From positions 1 to 22,875 of IMG/VR virus record IMGVR_UViG_2651869748_000003: a stretch of 22,875 nucleotides of DNA; one strand, given 5' to 3'. Positions 14,501 to 22,875 of this stretch are shown one piece after another. Origin of the DNA: a virus (taxonomy: Duplodnaviria; Heunggongvirae; Uroviricota; Caudoviricetes). Below the pieces are notes generated by a model that saw nothing but the letters and a program-made list of their open reading frames with translations, was not told the origin of the DNA and did no database searches. How positions within the stretch are numbered: position 1 is the stretch's first letter; each line of letters starts with the position of its first letter. A program made the position numbers and the translations under genes.

Positions 14501-17060
14501 TCTTGTTATTGACCTGAGTCTGGATGCTGTCCGTTTCGATGAGCAGATGAGCCGGGTAAGGCGTCATTTTTCAGGTCTGGATACCGACGTCAGAAAAACC
14601 GCCAGTGCTGTTGAACAGGGCCTGAGCCGCCAGGCGCTGGCTGCACAAAAAGCCGGGATTTCCGTCGGGCAGTATAAAGCGGCCATGCGAACCCTGCCCG
14701 CACAGTTTACGGATATCGCCACGCAGCTTGCCGGTGGTCAGAATCCCTGGCTGATCCTGCTGCAACAGGGCGGTCAGGTGAAGGACTCCTTCGGCGGGAT
14801 GATCCCCATGTTCAGGGGGCTTGCCGGTGCGATCACCCTGCCGATGGTCGGGGTCACCTCGCTGGCGGTGGCGACAGGTGCGCTGGTGTACGCCTGGTAC
14901 CAGGGAGATTCCACGCTTTCAGCGTTTAATAAAACCCTGGTTCTTTCCGGTAATCAGTCCGGACTGACTGCCGATCGTATGCTGACTCTCTCAAGAGCCG
15001 GGCAGGCAGCAGGGCTGACGTTTAACCAGGCGAGAGAGTCACTGGCAGCCCTGGTGAATGCCGGTGTGCGTGGTGGTGAACAGTTTGATGCCATCAACCA
15101 GAGTGTCGCGCGTTTTGCGTCTGCATCCGGTGTGGAGGTGGATAAAGTCGCTGAAGCCTTCGGGAAGCTGACCACCGACCCTACGTCGGGGCTGATTGCG
15201 ATGGCGCGCCAGTTCCGTAACGTGACGGCAGAGCAGATTGCGTATGTTGCGCAGCTGCAGCGTTCCGGTGATGAGGCCGGGGCCTTACAGGCGGCGAACG
15301 ATATCGCCACGAAAGGCTTTGATGAGCAGACCCGTCGCCTGAAAGAAAACATGGGGACACTGGAGACCTGGGCGGATAAAACCGGGAAGGCATTCAAATC
15401 GATGTGGGATGCCATTCTGGATATCGGTCGTCCTGAGTCCTCAGCGGATATGCTCGCCAGTGCGCAGAAGGCATTTGATGAGGCGGATAAAAAATGGCAG
15501 TGGTACCAGAGCCGGAGCCAGCGCCGCGGTAAAACCTCCTCTTTCCGGGCCAACCTTCAGGGCGCATGGAATGACCGGGAAAATGCCCGTCTGGGGCTGG
15601 CAGCGGCCACGCTGCAGTCGGATATGGAAAAAGCCGGTGAACTGGCCGCCAGGGACCGGGCCGAACGGGACGCATCACAGCTGAAGTATACCGGAGAGGC
15701 GCAGAAGGCGTATGAGCGTCTGCTGACGCCGCTGGAGAAATATACCGCCCGTCAGGAAGAACTGAATAAGGCACTGAAAGACGGGAAAATCCTGCAGGCA
15801 GATTACAACACGCTGATGGCGGCGGCGAAAAAGGACTATGAAGCGACGCTGAAAAAGCCGAAACAGTCCGGCGTGAAGGTGTCTGCGGGCGATCGTCAGG
15901 AAGACAGTGCTCATGCTGCCCTGCTGACGCTTCAGGCAGAACTCCGGATGCTGGAGAAGCATGCCGGAGCGAATGAGAAAATCAGCCAGCAGCGTCGCGA
16001 TTTATGGAAAGCGGAAAATCAGTATGCGGTCCTGAAAGAGGCAGCCACGAAACGGCAGTTATCTGAGCAGGAAAAATCCCTGCTGGCCCATGAGAAAGAG
16101 ACGCTGGAGTACAAACGCCAGCTGGCTGAGCTGGGAGACAAAGTTGAACACCAGAAACGGCTGAATCAGCTGGCACAGCAGGCTGCGCGGTTTGAGCAGC
16201 AGCAGGGCGCGAAGCAGGCGGCAATCAGTGCCCAGGCGCGGGGCCTCACCGACCGTCAGGCGCAGCGGGAGTCGGAAGAGCAGCGCCTTCGTGACGTGTA
16301 CGGTGATAATCCGGATGCGCTGGCGAAGGCCACATCTGCACTGAAGAACACCTGGTCTGCGGAGGAGCAGCTTCGTGGAAGCTGGATGGCCGGTCTGAAG
16401 TCCGGCTGGGGCGAGTGGGCAGAAAGTGCGACGGACAGTTTTTCGCAGGTTAAAAGCGTGGCCACGCAGACCTTTGACGGTATTGCACAGAATATGGCAG
16501 CGATGCTGACCGGCAGCGAACAGAACTGGCGTGGTTTCACCCGTTCTGTGCTCTCCATGCTGACAGAGATTTTTCTGAAGCAGGCGATGGTGGGGATAGT
16601 CGGGAGTATCGGCAGCGCCATTGGCGGTGCTTTCGGTGGTGGTGCGTCTGCCTCCACGGGGACGGCCATTCAGGCTGCGGCGGCGAACTTCCATTTCGCG
16701 ACCGGGGGATTTACGGGGACGGGGGGTAAATATGAACCTGCGGGAATTGTTCATCGCGGGGAGTTTGTCTTCACGAAGGAAGCAACCAGCCGGATTGGCG
16801 TCGGCAACCTGTACCGCCTGATGCGGGGCTATGCGGAAGGTGGTTATGTGGGCGGTGCCGGAAGTCCGGCGCAGATGCGGCGGGCTGAAGGCATTAATTT
16901 TAATCAGAACAATCACGTGGTGATTCAGAACGATGGTACGAATGGTCTGCCAGGTCCACAGATGATGAAGGCAGTGTATGACATGGCCCGCAAGGGTGCC
17001 CGTGATGAAATTCAGACACAGATGCGTGATGGTGGCCTGTTCTCCGGAGGTGGACGATGA
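14481..17060 (+). CDS. H: Tail tape measure protein H homolog, 859 aa
   Basis: Long collinear similarity to lambda H as recalled (N-terminal PVGDLV.DLSLDA.RFDEQM.RVRRHFSG; C-terminal GGFTGTGGKYEPAGIVHRGEFVFTKEATSRIGVGNLYRLMRGY); overlaps the T frame end by 20 nt. Confidence 0.95.
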   Translation: MSQPVGDLVIDLSLDAVRFDEQMSRVRRHFSGLDTDVRKTASAVEQGLSRQALAAQKAGISVGQYKAAMRTLPAQFTDIATQLAGGQNPWLILLQQGGQVKDSFGGMIPMFRGLAGAITLPMVGVTSLAVATGALVYAWYQGDSTLSAFNKTLVLSGNQSGLTADRMLTLSRAGQAAGLTFNQARESLAALVNAGVRGGEQFDAINQSVARFASASGVEVDKVAEAFGKLTTDPTSGLIAMARQFRNVTAEQIAYVAQLQRSGDEAGALQAANDIATKGFDEQTRRLKENMGTLETWADKTGKAFKSMWDAILDIGRPESSADMLASAQKAFDEADKKWQWYQSRSQRRGKTSSFRANLQGAWNDRENARLGLAAATLQSDMEKAGELAARDRAERDASQLKYTGEAQKAYERLLTPLEKYTARQEELNKALKDGKILQADYNTLMAAAKKDYEATLKKPKQSGVKVSAGDRQEDSAHAALLTLQAELRMLEKHAGANEKISQQRRDLWKAENQYAVLKEAATKRQLSEQEKSLLAHEKETLEYKRQLAELGDKVEHQKRLNQLAQQAARFEQQQGAKQAAISAQARGLTDRQAQRESEEQRLRDVYGDNPDALAKATSALKNTWSAEEQLRGSWMAGLKSGWGEWAESATDSFSQVKSVATQTFDGIAQNMAAMLTGSEQNWRGFTRSVLSMLTEIFLKQAMVGIVGSIGSAIGGAFGGGASASTGTAIQAAAANFHFATGGFTGTGGKYEPAGIVHRGEFVFTKEATSRIGVGNLYRLMRGYAEGGYVGGAGSPAQMRRAEGINFNQNNHVVIQNDGTNGLPGPQMMKAVYDMARKGARDEIQTQMRDGGLFSGGGR

Positions 17061-17386
17061 AAACCTTCCGCTGGAAAGTGAAACCCGGTATGGATGTGGC
17101 TTCGGCCCCTTCTGTAAGAAAGGTGCGCTTTGGTGATGGTTATTCCCAGCGAGCGCCTGCCGGGCTGAATGCCAACCTGAAAACGTACAGCGTGACGTTT
17201 TCTGTTCCCCGTTGGGAGGCCACGGCGCTTGAGTCGTTTCTGGCTGAGCACGGGGGCTGGAAATCCTTTCTGTGGACGCCGCCTTATGAGTGGCGGCAGA
17301 TAAAGGTGACCTGCGCAAAATGGTCGTCACGGGTCAGTATGCTGCGTGTTGAGTTCAGCGCAGAGTTTGAACAGGTGGTGAACTGA
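17057..17386 (+). CDS. M: Minor tail protein M homolog, 109 aa
   Basis: Size and position as lambda M; ATG overlaps the H stop (ATGA). Confidence 0.9.
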   Translation: MKTFRWKVKPGMDVASAPSVRKVRFGDGYSQRAPAGLNANLKTYSVTFSVPRWEATALESFLAEHGGWKSFLWTPPYEWRQIKVTCAKWSSRVSMLRVEFSAEFEQVVN

Positions 17387-18084
17387 TGCAGGATATCCGG
17401 CAGGAAACACTGAATGAATGCACCCGTGCGGAGCAGTCGGCCAGCGTGGTGCTCTGGGAAATCGATCTGACAGAGGTCGGTGGAGAACGTTATTTTTTCT
17501 GTAATGAGCAGAACGAAAAAGGTGAGCCGGTCACCTGGCAGGGGCGACAGTATCAGCCGTATCCCATTCAGGGGAGTGGTTTTGAACTGAATGGCAAAGG
17601 CACCAGTACGCGCCCCACGCTGACGGTTTCTAACCTGTACGGTATGGTCACCGGGATGGCGGAAGATCTGCAGAGTCTGGTCGGCGGAACGGTGGTCCGG
17701 CGTAAGGTTTACGCCCGTTTTCTGGATGCGGTGAACTTCGTCAACGGAAACAGTGACGCCGATCCGGAGCAGGAGGTGATCAGCCGCTGGCGCATTGAGC
17801 AGTGCAGCGAACTGAGCGCGGTCAGTGCCTCCTTTGTACTGTCCACGCCGACGGAAACGGACGGCGCTGTTTTTCCGGGACGTATCATGCTGGCCAACAC
17901 CTGCACCTGGACCTATCGCGGCGGTGAGTGCGGTTATCACGGTCCGGCGGTCGCGGATGAATATGACCAGCCAACGTCCGATATCACGAAGGATAAATGC
18001 AGTAAATGCCTGAGCGGTTGTAAGTTTCGCAATAACGTCGGCAACTTTGGCGGCTTCCTTTCCATTAACAAACTTTCGCAGTAA
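17386..18084 (+). CDS. L: Minor tail protein L homolog (four-Cys cluster), 232 aa
   Basis: Same length as lambda L; conserved cysteines in CTWTYRGGECGYHG ... CSKCLSGC. Confidence 0.95.
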   Translation: MQDIRQETLNECTRAEQSASVVLWEIDLTEVGGERYFFCNEQNEKGEPVTWQGRQYQPYPIQGSGFELNGKGTSTRPTLTVSNLYGMVTGMAEDLQSLVGGTVVRRKVYARFLDAVNFVNGNSDADPEQEVISRWRIEQCSELSAVSASFVLSTPTETDGAVFPGRIMLANTCTWTYRGGECGYHGPAVADEYDQPTSDITKDKCSKCLSGCKFRNNVGNFGGFLSINKLSQ

Positions 18085-18089
18085 ATCCC

Positions 18090-18833
18090 ATGACAGAGAC
18101 AGAATCAGCGATTCTGGCGCACGCCCGGCGATGTGCGCCAGCGGAGTCGTGCGGCTTCGTGGTGAGAACGCCGGAGGGGGAAAGATATTTTCCCTGCGTG
18201 AATATTTCCGGTGAGCCGGAGGATTATTTCCGGATGGCTCCGGAGGACTGGCTGCAGGCAGAGATGCAGGGTGAGATTGTGGCGCTGGTCCACAGCCACC
18301 CCGGTGGTCTGCCCTGGCTGAGTGAGGCTGACCGGCGGCTGCAGGTGCAGAGTGATTTGCCGTGGTGGCTGGTCTGCCGGGGGGCGATTCACAAGTTCCG
18401 CTGTGTGCCACATCTTACCGGGCGGCGCTTTGAGCACGGGGTGACGGACTGTTACACGCTGTTCCGGGACGCTTACCATCTGGCGGGGATTGAGATGCCG
18501 GATTTTCATCGTGAGGATGACTGGTGGCGTAACGGTCAGAATCTCTATCTGGATAATCTGGAGGCCACAGGGCTGTATCAGGTGCCGTTGTCAGCGGCGC
18601 AGCCGGGCGATGTGCTGCTGTGCTGTTTTGGTTCATCGGTGCCGAATCACGCCGCAATTTACTGCGGCGACGGCGAGCTGCTGCACCATATTCCTGAACA
18701 ACTGAGTAAACGAGAGAGGTACACCGACAAATGGCAGCGACGCACACACTCCCTCTGGCGTCACCGGGCATGGCACGCATCTGCCTTTACGGGGATTTAC
18801 AACGATTTGGTCGCCGCATCGACCTTCGTGTAA
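18090..18833 (+). CDS. K: Tail tip assembly protein K homolog (JAB/MPN-like HSHPGG motif plus NlpC/P60-like Cys/His peptidase region)
   Basis: VALVHSHPGG..WLSEAD (JAMM-like) and GVTDCYTLF...NHAAIY (NlpC/P60-like) seen in sequence. Full ORF is 247 aa; an internal Met at 18234 would give the shorter product used in the older lambda annotation. Confidence 0.9.
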   Translation: MTETESAILAHARRCAPAESCGFVVRTPEGERYFPCVNISGEPEDYFRMAPEDWLQAEMQGEIVALVHSHPGGLPWLSEADRRLQVQSDLPWWLVCRGAIHKFRCVPHLTGRRFEHGVTDCYTLFRDAYHLAGIEMPDFHREDDWWRNGQNLYLDNLEATGLYQVPLSAAQPGDVLLCCFGSSVPNHAAIYCGDGELLHHIPEQLSKRERYTDKWQRRTHSLWRHRAWHASAFTGIYNDLVAASTFV

Positions 18834-19372
18834 AAACGGGGGCCGAAGCTATCCGTGCGCTGGCCACACAGATCCCGGCGTTTCGTCAGAAACTGAATGA
18901 GGGCTGGTATCAGGTGCGCATTGCCGGGCGTGATGCAGGCGAAACCGAATTATCTGCCCGTCTTAATGAGCCGCTGGCAAATGGTGCCGTGATCCACATT
19001 GTGCCGCGTCTGGCGGGTGCCAAAAGTGGCGGTGTTTTTCAGGCAGTGCTGGGTGCGGCGCTGATTGCTACGGCAATCTGGATGCCGGGAATCAGTATCG
19101 CTTTCAGTGACATTCTCTTTTCTATGGGGGCAGCGATGACGCTTGGTGGTGTTGCACAGATGCTGGCTCCTAAACCCCAAACCCCCCGAACGCAGACAAC
19201 GGATAACGGCAAACAGAACACCTATTTCTCCTCACTGGATAACATGGTTGCCCAGGGCAATGTTCTGCCTGTTCTGTACGGTGAAATGCGCGTGGGGTCA
19301 CGCGTGGTTTCTCAGGAGATCAGCACGGCAGACGAAGGGGATGGTGGTCAGGTTGTGGTGATTGGTCGCTGA
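18731..19372 (+). CDS. I: Tail tip assembly protein I homolog
   Basis: C-terminal GGVAQMLAPK..TPR.QTTDNGKQNTYFSSLDNMVAQGNVLPVLYGEMRVGSRVVSQEISTADEGDGGQVVVIGR matches lambda I as recalled; overlaps K by 103 nt, as in lambda. Confidence 0.9.
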   Translation: MAATHTLPLASPGMARICLYGDLQRFGRRIDLRVKTGAEAIRALATQIPAFRQKLNEGWYQVRIAGRDAGETELSARLNEPLANGAVIHIVPRLAGAKSGGVFQAVLGAALIATAIWMPGISIAFSDILFSMGAAMTLGGVAQMLAPKPQTPRTQTTDNGKQNTYFSSLDNMVAQGNVLPVLYGEMRVGSRVVSQEISTADEGDGGQVVVIGR

Positions 19373-19401
19373 TGCAAAATGTTTTATGTGAAACCGCCTC
19401 C

Positions 19402-19430
19402 GGGCGGTTTTGTCGTTTATGGAGCATGAC
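19402..19430 (+). terminator. Stem-loop with U-rich tail between I and J (candidate partial terminator or RNA-stabilising hairpin)
   Basis: AAACCGCC (19402-19409), loop TCCG, GGCGGTTT (19414-19421), then TGTCGTTTA. Confidence 0.4.
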
Positions 19431-19432
19431 GA

Positions 19433-22400
19433 ATGGGCAAAGGAAGCAGTAAGGGGCATACCCCGCGCGAAGCGAAGGACAACCTGAAGTCCACGCAACT
19501 GCTGAGTGTGATTGATGCCATCAGCGAAGGGCCGATTGACGGTCCGGTGGATGGATTAAAAAGCGTGCTGCTGAACAGTACGCCGGTGCTGGACAGTGAG
19601 GGGAATACCAATATCTCCGGTGTCACGGTGGTGTTCCGGGCTGGTGAGCAGGAGCAGACTCCGCCGGAGGGATTTGAATCCTCCGGCTCCGAGACGGTGC
19701 TGGGTACGGAAGTGAAATACGACACGCCGATCACCCGCACCATCACGTCGGCAAACATCGATCGTCTGCGTTTTACCTTCGGTGTGCAGGCACTGGTGGA
19801 AACCACCTCAAAGGGGGACAGGAATCCGTCGGAAGTCCGCCTGCTGGTTCAGATACAACGTAACGGTGGCTGGGTGACGGAAAAAGACATCACCATTAAA
19901 GGCAAAACCACCTCACAGTATCTGGCATCGGTGGTGGTGGGTAACCTGCCGCCGCGCCCGTTCAATATCCGGATGCGCAGGATGACGCCGGACAGCACCA
20001 CAGACCAGCTGCAGAACAAAACGCTCTGGTCGTCATACACCGAAATCATCGATGTGAAACAGTGCTACCCGAACACGGCACTGGTCGGCGTACAGGTGGA
20101 TTCGGAGCAGTTCGGCAGCCAGCAGGTGAGCCGTAATTATCATCTTCGCGGGCGCATTCTGCAGGTGCCGTCGAACTATAACCCGCAGACGCGACAATAC
20201 AGCGGTATCTGGGACGGAACGTTAAAACCGGCATACAGCAACAACATGGCCTGGTGTCTGTGGGATATGCTTACCCATCCGCGCTACGGCATGGGGAAAC
20301 GTCTTGGTGCGGCGGATGTGGATAAATGGGCGCTGTATGTCATCGGCCAGTACTGCGACCAGGCAGTGCCGGACGGCTTTGGCGGCACGGAGCCGCGCAT
20401 CACCTGTAATGCGTACCTGACCACACAGCGCAAGGCGTGGGATGTGCTCAGTGATTTCTGCTCGGCGATGCGCTGTATGCCGGTATGGAACGGGCAGACG
20501 CTGACGTTCGTGCAGGACCGACCGTCGGATAAGGTGTGGACCTATAACCGCAGTAATGTGGTGATGCCGGATGATGGCGCGCCGTTCCGCTACAGCTTTA
20601 GCGCCCTGAAAGACCGCCATAATGCCGTTGAGGTGAACTGGATTGACCCGAACAACGGCTGGGAGACGGCGACAGAGCTTGTGGAGGATACGCAGGCCAT
20701 TGCCCGTTACGGTCGTAACGTCACGAAGATGGATGCTTTTGGCTGTACCAGCCGGGGGCAGGCACACCGCGCCGGGCTGTGGCTGATTAAAACAGAACTG
20801 CTGGAAACGCAGACCGTGGACTTCTGCGTGGGCGCAGAAGGGCTTCGCCATGTGCCGGGCGATGTCATTGAAATCTGTGATGATGACTATGCCGGTATCA
20901 GCACCGGTGGTCGTGTGCTGGCGGTGAACAGCCAGACCCGGACGCTGACGCTCGACCGTGAAATCACGCTGCCATCCTCCGGTACCACGCTGATAAGCCT
21001 GGTTGACGGAAGTGGCAATCCGGTCAGCGTGGAGGTTCAGTCCGTCACCGACGGCGTGAAGGTAAAAGTGAGCCGTGTTCCTGACGGTGTTGCTGAATAC
21101 AGCGTATGGGGGCTGAAGCTGCCGACGTTGCGCCAGCGCCTGTTCCGCTGCGTGAGTGTCCGTGAGAACGACGACGGCACGTACGCTGTCACAGCCGTGC
21201 AGCATGTCCCGGAAAAAGAGGCCATCGTGGATAACGGGGCGCACTTTGACGGCGACCAGAGCGGCACGGTGAATGGTGTCACGCCGCCAGCGGTGCAGCA
21301 CCTGACTGCCGAAGTCACCGCAGACAGCGGGGAGTATCAGGTGCTGGCGCGATGGGACACACCGAAGGTGGTGAAGGGCGTGAGCTTCCTGCTCCGTCTG
21401 ACCGTAACAGCGGACGACGGCAGTGAGCGGCTGGTCAGCACGGCCCGGACGACGGAAACCACATACCGCTTCACGCAACTGGCGCTGGGGCGTTACACGC
21501 TGACAGTCCGGGCGGTAAATGCGTGGGGGCAGCAGGGCGATCCGGCATCGGTATCGTTCCGGATTGCGGCACCGGCAGCGCCTGTCACTATTGAACTGAT
21601 ACCAGGGTATTTTCAGATAACAGCGGTCCCGAAACTGGCTGTATATGACCCGACGGTGCAGTTTGAGTTCTGGTTCTCGGAAAAGCGGATTATCGATATC
21701 AGGCAGGTTGAAACCAGCGCGCGTTATCTTGGTACGGCGCTGTACTGGATAGCCGCCAGTAGCAATATTAAGCCGGGTTATGATTATTACTTTTATATCC
21801 GCAGCGTGAACACCGTAGGTAAATCGGCATTTGTGGAGGCCGTCGGTCGGGCGAGCGATGATGCGGAAGGTTATCTGAATTTTTATAAAGGGTTGATCAA
21901 TAAAACGCATCTCGGCAAGGAACTGCTGGAAAACTTTGAGCTGACGGAGGATAACGCCAGCAAACTGGAGGAGTTTTCGAAAGAGTGGAAGGACGCTAAC
22001 GATAAATGGAATGCCATGTGGGGCGTCAAAATTGAGCAGACCAAAGACGGCAAACATTATGTCGCGGGTATTGGCCTCAGCATGGAGGACGCGGAGGAAG
22101 GCAAGCTGAGTCAGTTTCTGGTTGCCGCTAACCGTATCGCATTTATTGACCCGGCAAACGGGAATGAAACGCCGATGTTTGTGGCGCAGGGCAATCAGAT
22201 ATTCATGAACGACGTGTTCCTGAAGCGCCTGACGGCCCCCACCATTACCAGTGGTGGCAATCCACCGGCATTTTCCCTGACATCAGACGGAAAGCTGACC
22301 GCTAAAAATGCGGATATCAGTGGCAGTGTGAATGCGAACGCCGGGACGCTCAACAATGTCACGGTAAATGAAAACTGTACGATTAAGGGCATGCTGGAGG

Positions 22401-22846
22401 CGACTCAGGTCAGAGGTGACTTCGTTAAAGCTGTATCCAAATCATTCCCGAAACAGGCTGGTACGTGGGGTAACACGGAAACACCAAACGGGACGGTTAC
22501 AGTCACCATCAGCGATGATCATAACTTTGACCGTCAAATCATTATTCCGCCCATTATCTTTAACGGAATAGCGTATAGCGATCCGGGAAGTGGTAATAAC
22601 CCGGGAGGTACAAGATACACGGGGTATGGTTTTGAAGTTCGCAAAAACGGTGTATTAATCGCATCCAGAGAAACTAAAGGGGCCATTCCCGGTAGCTACA
22701 GTGCGGTTATTGATATGCCGAGTGGCAGGGGAAGCGTCACTCTGGAGTTTAAGGTTTTCCATAAAGGCAATCAGTGGGCAGGTAATATCACCGACTGTAC
22801 GGTGATTGTGACCAAAAAAGCCGCTTCCGGCATCAGTATTCGTTGA
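19433..22846 (+). CDS. J: Tail tip / central tail fiber host-specificity protein J homolog, 1137 aa, with diverged C-terminal domain
   Basis: About 1000 N-terminal residues collinear with lambda J as recalled; the last approx. 150 aa differ and the DNA becomes more AT-rich. Confidence 0.95.
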   Translation: MGKGSSKGHTPREAKDNLKSTQLLSVIDAISEGPIDGPVDGLKSVLLNSTPVLDSEGNTNISGVTVVFRAGEQEQTPPEGFESSGSETVLGTEVKYDTPITRTITSANIDRLRFTFGVQALVETTSKGDRNPSEVRLLVQIQRNGGWVTEKDITIKGKTTSQYLASVVVGNLPPRPFNIRMRRMTPDSTTDQLQNKTLWSSYTEIIDVKQCYPNTALVGVQVDSEQFGSQQVSRNYHLRGRILQVPSNYNPQTRQYSGIWDGTLKPAYSNNMAWCLWDMLTHPRYGMGKRLGAADVDKWALYVIGQYCDQAVPDGFGGTEPRITCNAYLTTQRKAWDVLSDFCSAMRCMPVWNGQTLTFVQDRPSDKVWTYNRSNVVMPDDGAPFRYSFSALKDRHNAVEVNWIDPNNGWETATELVEDTQAIARYGRNVTKMDAFGCTSRGQAHRAGLWLIKTELLETQTVDFCVGAEGLRHVPGDVIEICDDDYAGISTGGRVLAVNSQTRTLTLDREITLPSSGTTLISLVDGSGNPVSVEVQSVTDGVKVKVSRVPDGVAEYSVWGLKLPTLRQRLFRCVSVRENDDGTYAVTAVQHVPEKEAIVDNGAHFDGDQSGTVNGVTPPAVQHLTAEVTADSGEYQVLARWDTPKVVKGVSFLLRLTVTADDGSERLVSTARTTETTYRFTQLALGRYTLTVRAVNAWGQQGDPASVSFRIAAPAAPVTIELIPGYFQITAVPKLAVYDPTVQFEFWFSEKRIIDIRQVETSARYLGTALYWIAASSNIKPGYDYYFYIRSVNTVGKSAFVEAVGRASDDAEGYLNFYKGLINKTHLGKELLENFELTEDNASKLEEFSKEWKDANDKWNAMWGVKIEQTKDGKHYVAGIGLSMEDAEEGKLSQFLVAANRIAFIDPANGNETPMFVAQGNQIFMNDVFLKRLTAPTITSGGNPPAFSLTSDGKLTAKNADISGSVNANAGTLNNVTVNENCTIKGMLEATQVRGDFVKAVSKSFPKQAGTWGNTETPNGTVTVTISDDHNFDRQIIIPPIIFNGIAYSDPGSGNNPGGTRYTGYGFEVRKNGVLIASRETKGAIPGSYSAVIDMPSGRGSVTLEFKVFHKGNQWAGNITDCTVIVTKKAASGISIR

Positions 22847-22875
22847 AATTGTTATAACCCATATAAGGGCACCAG

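Noticed and set aside
16059-17330. 423-aa ORF on the minus strand
   Set aside because: Lies entirely antisense to the tape measure gene H, which has strong lambda homology; a long open frame is expected by chance in GC-rich coding DNA. The same applies to 14954..15553 and 15394..15774.
17284-18411. 375-aa ORF on the minus strand
   Set aside because: Antisense to L and K; low-complexity Arg/Pro/Ala-rich translation; no independent start signals.
20222-22057. 611-aa ORF on the minus strand
   Set aside because: Antisense to J, whose + strand frame shows collinear homology to lambda J; Arg/Pro/His-rich composition typical of a reverse-frame artefact.
1-22875. Integrase, attachment site, IS element or CRISPR array
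   Set aside because: None seen: no long direct repeats with unique spacers, no terminal inverted repeats flanking a transposase-like ORF, and no tyrosine-recombinase-like ORF; the window covers only the late region.

Overview
This window is the late (lysis, packaging, head, tail) region of a lambda-like temperate phage or prophage from an enterobacterial host, almost entirely on the + strand. In order: a 5'-truncated unknown ORF; a phage-21-type lysis cassette (two-TMD pinholin, SAR endolysin, embedded Rz/Rz1 spanins) with an extra 114-aa gene between holin and endolysin; an AT-rich right-end segment with two minus-strand accessory genes (DUF1398/YbcV-like and a ribbon-helix-helix-like YlcI/YnfO-like protein) and no bor; a cos site whose cosN matches lambda as I recall it but whose cosB repeats differ; then a complete, collinear lambda-type morphogenesis set (Nu1-like small terminase, A, W, B, C/Nu3, D, E, FI, FII, Z, U, V, G, G-T frameshift, H, M, L, K, I, J). 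All homology calls rest on recalled protein sequences and lambda gene order, not on a database search. The content with no lambda counterpart is the best candidate for anything new: the holin-endolysin insert, the truncated upstream ORF, and two micro-ORFs; I cannot assign any of them a function. No tRNA, rRNA, CRISPR array, IS element or integrase was seen. Long minus-strand ORFs inside the GC-rich structural genes are treated as antisense artefacts.
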